Virus record (IMG/VR): IMGVR_UViG_3300043414_000845
Coordinates: 1 to 60,552 of that record
Direction: 5' to 3' (one strand)
DNA from: a virus
Lineage: Duplodnaviria > Caudoviricetes
Length of the DNA: 60,552 nucleotides
Within the stretch, counting starts at the first letter, position 1. Each line of letters starts with the position of its first letter. Shown here in pieces: positions 16,467 through 24,802 of this stretch. The notes under the pieces were generated by a model that searched no databases, was not told where the DNA came from, and saw nothing but the letters and a program-made list of their open reading frames with translations. The position numbers were made by a program, and so were the translations under genes.

Positions 16467-17018
16467 TCATCCCAGCTCGTTGCCCCAGGCAGCCCAGTTC
16501 ACCCCACCGATGCGGCGCGCGAAGAGCTCCAGGTACGGACCTGGGAACAGCGCCTCGATGCGCGCGTACTGCTCGTCAGGCTTCCGGGAGTGCTCCCGTC
16601 TGGGAGCCAGGATGAAGTCCCGCACCGATGCCGACTGCCGCTTAGGCGAGCCCCTGGTCGCCAGCAGACAGGGCTCCAGGTTCTTCCGGGTGCCGTAGCC
16701 GGTGCCGAAGGCGTACTTGCCGGTCGCCTTGTTGAACTTGATCCACTCCCAGGCGAGCCCCTTGTACTCGAACCCCCACGCCTCGATGACGTCGAAGGCC
16801 TGGGGCAGCGTCGGCCAGGTGGCCCACATGAACAGCGCACAGTCGCGCTTGCCCAGGCTCGCCACCGGCATGGCCATGATGTCGTCCCTGGTCATGCAGT
16901 CGTAGTGGGCCTGCGCCGACTTTCCCAAGCCCTTCGACGACCTGGTCTGGAACGTCCAGGGCGGGTCCGCCAGGATGACGCCGTACTTGCCCAGCGGCAC
17001 CCCCTGGAACACCGTCAT
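16467..17018 (-). CDS. MT-A70 family N6-adenine methyltransferase
   Basis: ILADPPW, LFMWAT, AWGFEYK, EPCLLATRG, REHSRKP, LELFAR, WGNE. Confidence 0.95.
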   Translation of the reverse strand: MTVFQGVPLGKYGVILADPPWTFQTRSSKGLGKSAQAHYDCMTRDDIMAMPVASLGKRDCALFMWATWPTLPQAFDVIEAWGFEYKGLAWEWIKFNKATGKYAFGTGYGTRKNLEPCLLATRGSPKRQSASVRDFILAPRREHSRKPDEQYARIEALFPGPYLELFARRIGGVNWAAWGNELG

Positions 17019-17503
17019 GTGCGCCGCCCTCGAACGTAGCGTTCACCAGGGACAGGCGGCTTGACCTGGGTGTAGCACCGATGGTGGTGGTGATCGCAGA
17101 ACCTGGACCTGGAGATCGCAGGGTGAGCGCACATCCGCCAGGTGCTGCCTGATGACGTGTCGCCATGTACCCACCGGCAGGCGTTGTGCTCGTCCGGTAT
17201 CTGCCCAGGCAGGCCAAGAGGCTCCGGCTCGCCTGTCGCCGGTCGCATCTCCAGGACCGGGTTGCGGCTCACGGACTTCGGCCTGGTCCGCATTCTTGGG
17301 GCCGGGCGCGTCGGCTCGATTAGCTTCTTGGTCTTCTCGTCCTGGGCCCGCGCCAGGGCGATGTTCTCCCGGCGCAGGCGGCCGATTACCGCGGACCTGG
17401 TGAACTTTCCCCCGAAGCGCCTGGTGATCTGGCCGGAGGTCAGCTTATCGACCGTGGCCAGGCGGCGGAGCATCTCAGTCTCTTCCCTGGTCCAGTGGGT
17501 CAT
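17015..17503 (-). CDS. gcrA: GcrA-family cell-cycle transcriptional regulator
   Basis: WTREETEMLRRL...TSGQI...TRSAVIGRLRR N-terminal HTH; CRWVHGD...C...FCDHHHHRCY C-terminal domain. Confidence 0.88.
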   Translation of the reverse strand: MTHWTREETEMLRRLATVDKLTSGQITRRFGGKFTRSAVIGRLRRENIALARAQDEKTKKLIEPTRPAPRMRTRPKSVSRNPVLEMRPATGEPEPLGLPGQIPDEHNACRWVHGDTSSGSTWRMCAHPAISRSRFCDHHHHRCYTQVKPPVPGERYVRGRRT

Positions 17504-18027
17504 GCCCGCTCCCTGATCATCATCCGCAGCTTGGAACCCCGCACGTCCTGAACGTAGGTCAGCAGCGCCAGGGCATCGGCCTCGTGGTCGGTGCAGACCT
17601 TCCACCCCATGACCTTGCACTGGCGCATGATCGCCTGCTTGATCTCGGGGCTCTTGCGGGGCGTGTTGCCCTTGCCCAGGAAATGCTTCCGCACCGGCCC
17701 AGGCTCGATCTCGCCGACCTCGATCCTGGCGTCGTGCGCCATCATCTCGATCAGGGCTCCCATCGCGAACATCTTCCGCAGGGTCATCACGTTGTTGGAT
17801 CGAACCACGACCGGGGCCTCGTAGGCCACGAAGTCGATCACCGGCTCCTCCCGCACCGGGTCCATCCAGCGCCAGAGGAACGACCTGACGTCACGCATCA
17901 GGAGCCCCAGGTCGAGGCCAGCTTGGACCGGCTGGTAGGTGCCGAAGAGCGGGGGCTTCCCGTCTTCGACATCACCGCAAGCCCACCCGAACCCGTAGGT
18001 GCCAGGGTCGATGGCCAGAACCCTCAC
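17500..18027 (-). CDS. ruvC: RuvC-like Holliday junction resolvase
   Basis: VLAIDPG, VAYEAP, VRKHFLGKG, HEADALAL. Confidence 0.85.
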   Translation of the reverse strand: MRVLAIDPGTYGFGWACGDVEDGKPPLFGTYQPVQAGLDLGLLMRDVRSFLWRWMDPVREEPVIDFVAYEAPVVVRSNNVMTLRKMFAMGALIEMMAHDARIEVGEIEPGPVRKHFLGKGNTPRKSPEIKQAIMRQCKVMGWKVCTDHEADALALLTYVQDVRGSKLRMMIRERA

Positions 18028-18665
18028 TGCGTGGGCTCCTGGGAGGCGCGGATCAGCTCCTCCTGGCCAGCGTGCCAGCCTTCCAGCCAGGCTTGGCCGA
18101 ACGTCTGGTGACCCTGGTGCGGGTTCTCGGTCGTGCTGATCCCCTGGAGACCGGCCTCACGCCCCTGGCGAATGGCCCGGTTGTAAGCCTCGGTCGGGTC
18201 CTCGATGGGGTTCGACCAGAAGGTGAGCTGCGTGCCGACCGGGATGCCAGCCGCGCGCATGGCCCAGATCGTGGCCTCCATCTCGTCCCGGAGCTCCTGC
18301 TCGTCACGGTTGGAAATCTCGAACAGGCTCTTCAGGACCCGCTTGCTGATGCCCCTGGACTTCAGGATGTCGGCGGCGTCCGCGTAGAGCTTGTCCAGGG
18401 TGGCCTTGGCGTCCTTGACCTCGGCGCGGCACTTGTCGCGCACCTTGGCGTAGTCGCGCTCCTCGGCCGCGATCAGCACGAAGTAGCGGCGCAGGTCGGC
18501 CTCGGTGGCGACGTTGGCGGCGATGGTCTTGGTGGTCGGGGCCGCGTCCGGGAAGTTCTCGTCGTGCTCCTTGAACGCTGCCTGGAACTGGGCATCGGCT
18601 TTCGCCCTGGCGTTCTTGCGCGACGTACCCTGGACGTCACGGTCTGCTCTGATCTTGGTGGCCAT
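18024..18665 (-). CDS. GapR(DUF2312)-like domain fused to an RMF-like C-terminus
   Basis: LYADAADILKSRGISKRVLKSLFEISNRDEQELRDE resembles GapR; AIRQGREAGLQGISTTENPH...AWLEGWHAG resembles ribosome modulation factor. Confidence 0.6.
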   Translation of the reverse strand: MATKIRADRDVQGTSRKNARAKADAQFQAAFKEHDENFPDAAPTTKTIAANVATEADLRRYFVLIAAEERDYAKVRDKCRAEVKDAKATLDKLYADAADILKSRGISKRVLKSLFEISNRDEQELRDEMEATIWAMRAAGIPVGTQLTFWSNPIEDPTEAYNRAIRQGREAGLQGISTTENPHQGHQTFGQAWLEGWHAGQEELIRASQEPTQ

Positions 18666-18754
18666 CTTGCTCTCGACGCCCTCGTGGGAAGGCGGGGAGC
18701 GCACGAGCGCTTGGTGTACGCTCCCCACCTGAAACGCCTGCGGGGCAGGGCGGG

Positions 18755-18797
18755 CGAATCAGGGAAGAGAGTCGTACAGCGAGAGTCTTGGCGTCAA
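18755..18797 (-). promoter_or_regulatory. TTGACG promoter carrying three GANTC sites
   Basis: Minus strand TTGACGCCAA-GACTC-TCGCTGTAC-GACTC-TCTTCCCT-GATTC-G. Confidence 0.6.
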
Positions 18798-18800
18798 CTG

Positions 18801-19070
18801 CTAGGCGGCAAGTTTCCCACGGCCACCACGGGTGGGCCATTTCAGGAAGTGCGCGGGGGTCAGCTTGATGCCCGCTGCGAAGGCGGCGTCGATGATCACC
18901 TGCTGCCGATGCGCCGGTACGAAGCCGAACTTCCGCCAGCCGCTGATGGTCGTCGGGGGGATGCCCGTGATCTTGGCTGCCGAGCGGACCCCGCCCAGGA
19001 GGAAGATGATGAGGTCCACCTGGCTGTCAGACAGGGGGGCTGTTTCTGGTTTGCGAGGTTTGTTGGTCAT
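18801..19070 (-). CDS. Cro-like HTH regulator
   Basis: LLGGVRSAAKITGIPPTTISGWRKFGFVPAHRQQVI; divergent from the 19231 operon. Confidence 0.8.
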   Translation of the reverse strand: MTNKPRKPETAPLSDSQVDLIIFLLGGVRSAAKITGIPPTTISGWRKFGFVPAHRQQVIIDAAFAAGIKLTPAHFLKWPTRGGRGKLAA

Positions 19071-19152
19071 GGTGCTTCGCAAAATAAAGCGCAGATTTGC
19101 TGGGGTCAACGACCTTGAGCGGGTTTGCAGCACAAAAATGTGCCTAGCCCCC

Positions 19153-19181
19153 TTGACCTCTGTACCGTCCGTCAGTACATA
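19153..19181 (+). promoter_or_regulatory. Putative promoter TTGACC-N17-TACATA
   Basis: Upstream of the + strand early/recombination operon. Confidence 0.55.
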
Positions 19182-19230
19182 CACCTCCATCAGAGGCCGA
19201 ACCGGCTCTGACAGTTAAACGGAGACTACA

Positions 19231-20298
19231 GTGAAATACGGACGTGGACTTAATGAGCTTGCCGCCGAAATCGTGCGCCAGGCTGAATCGAAGCAGGACC
19301 TGATTGCCCCCACCAATCAGTTGACTGTTATCCCTGGTCAGGCTGGCGATACCCGCCCGCGCCTGGTCGTGGAGAACACTGGCGAGTTCCCAATTCGCCA
19401 GATCGCCCTCAATCAGATGGGCGAGCGTACCGGCATCCCAGCCAAGTACGTCGAGAAGATGACTGAGGAAGCCCCTCAGCTCCTGGCTGACAACTTGAAC
19501 CACTGGTTCAAGGCGAAGCCGGAACGCCGGTTGGTCCGTCTTCTGGACAACGACAACCGCGCGTTTCTGAGCGACAGCTTCCGCCGCGTGGACCACCACG
19601 ATCTCTTGCAGACAGCTCTGCCGGTGGTCATGGACATCCAGGGGATGCGGGTTCGCAGTTGCGAAGTGACGGAGCGCAAGCTCTACGTGAAGGTCACCTT
19701 CGACAGCCTGGAACGTGAGATCAAGAGTGCCCGCGTCGGCGATGTCGTCCGCGGCGGTCTGGTCTTCGGCAACTCGGAGGTGGGCCACGGCTCGTACTTC
19801 GTGAGCCCCTGGGCTGAGTACCTCTGGTGCACCAACGGTGCGTTCCGCGAAGGCGGGAAGCGCTGGGCCCACATCGGTCGCAAGATCGAGGGTGACGCTG
19901 GTGAGACCCGGTTCTTGTCGGACGAGACGTTGCAGGCGGGTGACCGCTTCGACGTCCTGGCCTTCCGGGACCACCTCAAGGCCGCTCTTGACCCGGTCAT
20001 CTTCAATGACTGGATCGAGAAGGTCCAGGGGACCACTGAGCGCCAGGTGACGGGCAACGTCGCCAAAGGCGTCGAGGTGCTCGGCCAGAAGATCGGCCTG
20101 ACGAAGGGTGAGGGAGCCAACGTGCTCCGCCACCTGATCGCCGGGGGCGACCTCAGCCAGTACGGTCTCTACAACGCGGTCACGCGCACGGCAGAAGATG
20201 CCGCCAGCTACGACCGTGCCACGGAGATCGAGGCCATCGGGCAGAAGGTCATCGACCTGAACCAGCGCGAATGGCGCGACGTCTCGGAGGCCGCCTAA
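19231..20298 (+). CDS. DUF932/DUF945-like phage protein
   Basis: RAFLSDSFRRVD, NSEVGHGS, LWCTNG, YGLYNAVT motifs. Confidence 0.75.
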   Translation: MKYGRGLNELAAEIVRQAESKQDLIAPTNQLTVIPGQAGDTRPRLVVENTGEFPIRQIALNQMGERTGIPAKYVEKMTEEAPQLLADNLNHWFKAKPERRLVRLLDNDNRAFLSDSFRRVDHHDLLQTALPVVMDIQGMRVRSCEVTERKLYVKVTFDSLEREIKSARVGDVVRGGLVFGNSEVGHGSYFVSPWAEYLWCTNGAFREGGKRWAHIGRKIEGDAGETRFLSDETLQAGDRFDVLAFRDHLKAALDPVIFNDWIEKVQGTTERQVTGNVAKGVEVLGQKIGLTKGEGANVLRHLIAGGDLSQYGLYNAVTRTAEDAASYDRATEIEAIGQKVIDLNQREWRDVSEAA

Positions 20299-20359
20299 CA
20301 GGTAGCGGGGGACGCGGAGGGTGTGACGCCCCTCCGCACCTCTGCCCCAGGGCAACACC

Positions 20360-20641
20360 ATGACCCATCGACTTGTAGAGAGCTTCAGCATGGAGCGGTT
20401 TCCGCACCTCGTGATCGCCACCGAGTATTCGAAGGTTTGGCTGGTCACGGTTCGACTGGACGGGCGCTTATACAAAGCCCACCTGCGCCTGTCGCACGAG
20501 GACCGGCTGAGCTTCGGCCCGATCTACCTGGGGCCCAAGTCGCTCGTCCGCACGGGCGAGGCTTACAACCGGGTGCATCACGTCCTCAGCGCCATGCTGC
20601 GCGGAGTGACGCAAACGCAGGTCGAGGCCGTCGCACAATGA
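20360..20641 (+). CDS. Hypothetical protein
   Basis: ORF coupled to the next gene by ATGA. Confidence 0.5.
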   Translation: MTHRLVESFSMERFPHLVIATEYSKVWLVTVRLDGRLYKAHLRLSHEDRLSFGPIYLGPKSLVRTGEAYNRVHHVLSAMLRGVTQTQVEAVAQ

Positions 20642-20826
20642 CGGCCAGGCCAACCATTTCCTGGACCCGACCCATGCTGGGCAAGCTCACCCAGGCCTAC
20701 CAGGCCGCCAAGAGCACCGGCAAGACGGATGACGACACTATCGAGTTCGAAGGGCACACCTTCCTGCTCGGCTACACCAGGCACCTGATCGAATACCTCG
20801 ACGGGCACCTGGCACCGAATTTTTGA
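20638..20826 (+). CDS. Hypothetical protein
   Basis: FEGHTFLLGYTRHLIEYL motif seen in small phage proteins. Confidence 0.65.
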   Translation: MTARPTISWTRPMLGKLTQAYQAAKSTGKTDDDTIEFEGHTFLLGYTRHLIEYLDGHLAPNF

Positions 20827-20839
20827 AGAGGAACTACCA

Positions 20840-21049
20840 ATGCTGACTCTAATTACCTGGCAGGCCACCCTGGCCTCGACCGTTGCCATCACCGCCGCCC
20901 TGCACGCCCTGCTGGTCACGCTGCGACCGGAGCTCTTCCGCCGCACGTTCGCTACCACCAACGTGGCAGTCGTGGCCTCCTTCATGGTCGTTGACATCTT
21001 GTTCACAGCCTTCATGGTCACGAGCATGATGTACTGGTTGAAAGTATAA
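20840..21049 (+). CDS. Small two-TM membrane protein
   Basis: GAGG RBS; two hydrophobic helices. Confidence 0.6.
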   Translation: MLTLITWQATLASTVAITAALHALLVTLRPELFRRTFATTNVAVVASFMVVDILFTAFMVTSMMYWLKV

Positions 21050-21109
21050 CCCCGAGCCATAACAGTGGGGGGTGTGCCCTGGGTTTCCTCTCCGTTTTCC
21101 AGGGCCATC

Positions 21110-21149
21110 TGGCCCGGCCGCGTCACCAGCGAGGCCGGGCCATTTTTTT
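21110..21149 (+). terminator. Rho-independent terminator
   Basis: TGGCCCGGCC...GGCCGGGCCA followed by TTTTTTT. Confidence 0.7.
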
Positions 21150-21160
21150 GAGAGCATACG

Positions 21161-21580
21161 ATGAGAAAGCCGACACCAAACGCCTACGAGTGGCACGCGA
21201 ACCGACTGTCGGGCCGCGAAGACGGCTGGCCGATAACCCACGAGCCCCAGTGCGGATTCTTCAAGCAGCGCCTGGTGCGCGGAGGGCCCTGGGTGGGCGT
21301 CCACATCGGGTACAGCTTCCTCACAGATGAAAACGGAGAGCTGGTCAGCGACGAGGTCCTGACATGCACGGTCGACGGTAAGCCCGCCGACCCGGAGCAG
21401 GTGTGGACCTACGTGGCTAAGCGGCCGATCAGTTCGGAGGAGTACCGGTTCCTGATGAACCTGTCCGCCTACGCCAAAGCCCGCGACCCCGACGAACCCC
21501 TGGCTCAACCCAGGAAGCCTATCAACGACCTGACGACACCGATACCGGTGCTGAAGAGAAAACGGAGAACTAACAAATGA
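21161..21580 (+). CDS. Conserved alphaproteobacterial phage protein
   Basis: EPQCGFFKQRLVRGGPWV...RPISSEEY motif. Confidence 0.7.
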   Translation: MRKPTPNAYEWHANRLSGREDGWPITHEPQCGFFKQRLVRGGPWVGVHIGYSFLTDENGELVSDEVLTCTVDGKPADPEQVWTYVAKRPISSEEYRFLMNLSAYAKARDPDEPLAQPRKPINDLTTPIPVLKRKRRTNK

Positions 21581-22323
21581 GTGACGACCTTTTTGAAAGC
21601 CGCGAAGTGAACATCGGCCACAACTCCAGGACCGGCGCGAGCGGCATGGACGGGCTCGGCCAGCAACTGACCGCGGCCCTGCCGAACATCCCGGAGTGGC
21701 TGAACCAGCGGCACGCCCTGGTGATCAACCGGCTGCATGACCTGGTGGATGCCATCTCGGACCTACCCAAGAAGCTGGCCGACGACACGGACGCCGAGAA
21801 GGCCAGCGACCTCCGCAAGCAGCTCATCGCCGCCAACAAGGCCGCCGATGCCTGCCGGGTCTCGGACAAGAAGCTGTTCGATGAGCCTGGCAAGGTCATC
21901 CACCAGTTCTGGGGCAAGCGCATGGAGGCCACAGCCCCAGGCATGGCTGACGTCGACAAGCTGTTGAAGGACTACCTGCGCGCCAAGCAGGAGAAGGCTG
22001 ACGCCGCTGCCGCCAAGGAGCGGGAGAAGTTGCGCCTGGCCGCCGAGAAGGCTATCGCCAAGGGCAAGGAGCCGCCTCCTCCGGTCGCCGCGCCCAAGCC
22101 TGTCGCCACAACCCGCGTGCATGGCGACCTGGGCTCGTCCACGTCGACCCGCAAGGTCTGGACGTTCAAGGACGCGGACCCCACAACAATCGACCTGGAA
22201 AAACTGCGCCCGTACTTGACCCAGGACGCGATTGAGAGTGCTGTCCGACAGTACATCCGCAACGGTGGCCGCGAGCTTGCCGGTGTGACCATCTTTGAAG
22301 ACATCAGCATCACAACGAGATAA
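21577..22323 (+). CDS. Coiled-coil recombination-module protein
   Basis: IGHN N-terminus; STRKVWTF...YIRNGGRELAGVTIFE C-terminus. Confidence 0.7.
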   Translation: MSDDLFESREVNIGHNSRTGASGMDGLGQQLTAALPNIPEWLNQRHALVINRLHDLVDAISDLPKKLADDTDAEKASDLRKQLIAANKAADACRVSDKKLFDEPGKVIHQFWGKRMEATAPGMADVDKLLKDYLRAKQEKADAAAAKEREKLRLAAEKAIAKGKEPPPPVAAPKPVATTRVHGDLGSSTSTRKVWTFKDADPTTIDLEKLRPYLTQDAIESAVRQYIRNGGRELAGVTIFEDISITTR

Positions 22324-22325
22324 CC

Positions 22326-23462
22326 ATGAGCAACACCATCACGAACCCGGCCCAGCAGCAGCTTGAGGCCATCGACCCATCCACCGGCGAGCTCGTCGGC
22401 CTCAGCCAGCAAGGCATGGCCATGAGCGCCTCCGAAGGCGAGATCAACATGCAGATCACCACGGCCAAGCGCTACCCGCGCTCGGTCAAGGCGTTCCGCA
22501 ACAAGGTCCTGGAGCTCTGCACCCTGAACGAGGCCGTCGCCGCCGAGTGCATCTATGCCCTCCCGCGTGGCGGCAAGGTCATCGAGGGAGCCTCCATCCG
22601 GTTCGCCGAGATCGTCCAGAGCGCCTGGGGCAACTGCCGCGTTGGCGGCAAGGTCGTCGAGGACGACGGCCGGTTCCTCACCTGCCAGGGCATGTTCCAC
22701 GATTTGGAAAGCAACTCCGCCATCGCGATGGAAGTGCGCCGCAAGATCACCGACTCCAAGGGCCGGAAGTACAACGACGACATGATCGGCGTTGCCGGTG
22801 CCGCTGGCACGTCGATTGCCATCCGCAACGCCATCCTGCGCGGTGTGCCCAAAGCCTTCTGGGCCGACCTCTACGACAGTGCCCGCCAGGTCGTGGCCGG
22901 AGACTACAAGACCCTGGCCAACCGTCGCCAGTCCGCCCTCCAGGCCTTCGTGATCTACGGCGTCACCCCCGAGCAGATTTACACCCTGCTGGAGATCGCC
23001 TCCCTGGAGGAGATGACCATCGACCACCTGGTCCAGCTCCGCGGCGTCCTGAACGCGATCAAGGACGGAAACGCCACGGTCGAGGACATTTTCAAATCCG
23101 CCGCCCAGGCGACAGCCCCTGAGACCAGGCCCACGAAGGAGGCCGCCAAGCCGAAGACCGAAGCTAAGGCCAAGGACAAGCCACCAGCCAAGGCCACAGA
23201 GGCGAAAGCCGATGTCCAGGCCCAGGAGGAGCCCAGGCAGGAAACGCCCGCCCAGGAGCATGTGAGGAAGGAACCGGCGACATCGGAGTGGTCCGCAGAG
23301 CTGACCCGCGCGCTGGACATCCTGCGGTCGTCGAAGCATGCTGACGACATCGGCGGCATGCGAAGCGTCCTGCGCGAGGACCTGAGCCCCTCCGACTTCG
23401 CCCTCTGGCAGGGCGAGGCCATGAAGCTGGAAATGCAACTGGCGAAAGGTAAGGGTCGATGA
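22326..23462 (+). CDS. Putative ssDNA-annealing/recombination protein
   Basis: QITTAKRYPRS, YALPRGGKVIEGASIRFAE...WGN, RNAILRGVP; position in the early recombination operon. Confidence 0.6.
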   Translation: MSNTITNPAQQQLEAIDPSTGELVGLSQQGMAMSASEGEINMQITTAKRYPRSVKAFRNKVLELCTLNEAVAAECIYALPRGGKVIEGASIRFAEIVQSAWGNCRVGGKVVEDDGRFLTCQGMFHDLESNSAIAMEVRRKITDSKGRKYNDDMIGVAGAAGTSIAIRNAILRGVPKAFWADLYDSARQVVAGDYKTLANRRQSALQAFVIYGVTPEQIYTLLEIASLEEMTIDHLVQLRGVLNAIKDGNATVEDIFKSAAQATAPETRPTKEAAKPKTEAKAKDKPPAKATEAKADVQAQEEPRQETPAQEHVRKEPATSEWSAELTRALDILRSSKHADDIGGMRSVLREDLSPSDFALWQGEAMKLEMQLAKGKGR

Positions 23463-23953
23463 TCAAGCCGATGATGAGCGATGCCGACAAGCGCCTCAGC
23501 AAGCGCGTCGCACTGGTCCTGGAAGGCTACCGCACGTTCGCGGCCAAGCTCGCGACCTGCGACTGCGGCAACCCTGATCACGACTGCACCGTCGAGACCG
23601 GACGCCTGCTGGAGGTGATCACGGAGGCCCTGGTCCCGTACATCACCGACAGCGAAAACAAGGAGAAGCTGGAGAACACCCTGATCATGGCCATCGTCGG
23701 GTCGTTCCTGACGGCCGAGCTCCTGACCACGAACTTCGCCTTGAACAAGGATGTCGACGAGGAGAACCGGCGCGACATGATGCTGACGATGGCCGACCAC
23801 TTCATCGACTTCGGCGAGGTCATGAAGCTGCGGGCAGCCGGGGCGGATCAGCGAGGCGGGCTCTCCAAGTTCACGGCTGAAGAGCTCCAGCAGGCCGTCA
23901 AGAATATCGTCGAGGGCAAGACCGGCTCACTCAGGCGGCGCAACGAAAACTAG
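23459..23953 (+). CDS. Hypothetical protein
   Basis: ATGA-coupled last gene of the operon. Confidence 0.65.
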   Translation: MIKPMMSDADKRLSKRVALVLEGYRTFAAKLATCDCGNPDHDCTVETGRLLEVITEALVPYITDSENKEKLENTLIMAIVGSFLTAELLTTNFALNKDVDEENRRDMMLTMADHFIDFGEVMKLRAAGADQRGGLSKFTAEELQQAVKNIVEGKTGSLRRRNEN

Positions 23954-24225
23954 GGGACCGGAGCGGTCACCGCATCCAGCCCAGGGTAGTACCACTCTGG
24001 GTATCGATCCTTGGGGCACAACGACCGGCGAACGGCGTTGTGCTCTTTCACTTGCTTCACCGTCGAGGCCGAGTCCTCCGGCCGCCAGTGGATGAGGCCG
24101 ATGCCTCCACACAACGTCCGCACCGGATCATAAGGCTGCAACGTCGGCCTGGGCGCGAACAGCCCGCAGGCTCCCAGGAGCCACAGCAGCGCGAACACCG
24201 CGGCCAGGTCACGGGCCTTCTTCAT
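23950..24225 (-). CDS. o-spanin (Rz1-like lipoprotein)
   Basis: Lipobox LLGAC, Pro-rich, overlaps the i-spanin. Confidence 0.75.
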   Translation of the reverse strand: MKKARDLAAVFALLWLLGACGLFAPRPTLQPYDPVRTLCGGIGLIHWRPEDSASTVKQVKEHNAVRRSLCPKDRYPEWYYPGLDAVTAPVP

Positions 24226-24455
24226 GGCAGCATGTCCTGGTCTGGCTTCTTGATGATCTTCGGGTCGTTGCCCAGGATCGCCGCGGTCTCCTGGATGATG
24301 ATCTTCGCCTTCGCGATGGTCTCCAGGTCCGCCTTCAGGTTCTCGTCCTCGACCAGGGCGCGGACCATCCGGTCACGCTCGGCGTCGTTGAGCCTGGTCG
24401 TGATCATGGAGATCAGCTTGACCAGGCCCAGCGCCAGGGAGAGCCAGACGCTCAC
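24222..24455 (-). CDS. i-spanin (Rz-like)
   Basis: N-terminal hydrophobic segment followed by a helical domain. Confidence 0.6.
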   Translation of the reverse strand: MSVWLSLALGLVKLISMITTRLNDAERDRMVRALVEDENLKADLETIAKAKIIIQETAAILGNDPKIIKKPDQDMLP

Positions 24456-24763
24456 GGAGCCTTCGTGGCAGAGACTCCAGCGGCAGGGACCGTGAAGGGT
24501 TTCATGAAGTGGACAGGCTGCGTGCCCTGCACCCGGCCGACAGTCGTGATCAGGGTTCCCAGGAGCGCCACGAGGATCGAGACCAGCGACATCCAGTTCT
24601 TCGTGGAGATCGCTTCAATCAGGCCAGGGATTTGGTTGGTGACGGCCGCCGACGCATCAGTGCTGATGGCGAACCCGGCCATGCCGAGCAGGGCTGACAG
24701 CATCGTGACGACGACGCCCCAGATGGTCACTGATTCGTACCAGGGCTTTGACTGGACTTCCAT
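24452..24763 (-). CDS. Holin
   Basis: KPWYESVTIWG motif, two TM segments, ITTVGR. Confidence 0.75.
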   Translation of the reverse strand: MEVQSKPWYESVTIWGVVVTMLSALLGMAGFAISTDASAAVTNQIPGLIEAISTKNWMSLVSILVALLGTLITTVGRVQGTQPVHFMKPFTVPAAGVSATKAP

Positions 24764-24802
24764 TGCTGAGCCTCCTTGTTTGGCGACTCAGCTTGTACGA
24801 CT

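Noticed and set aside
19144-23438. Long minus-strand ORFs (443 aa and 488 aa)
   Set aside because: Antisense shadows of well-supported + strand genes
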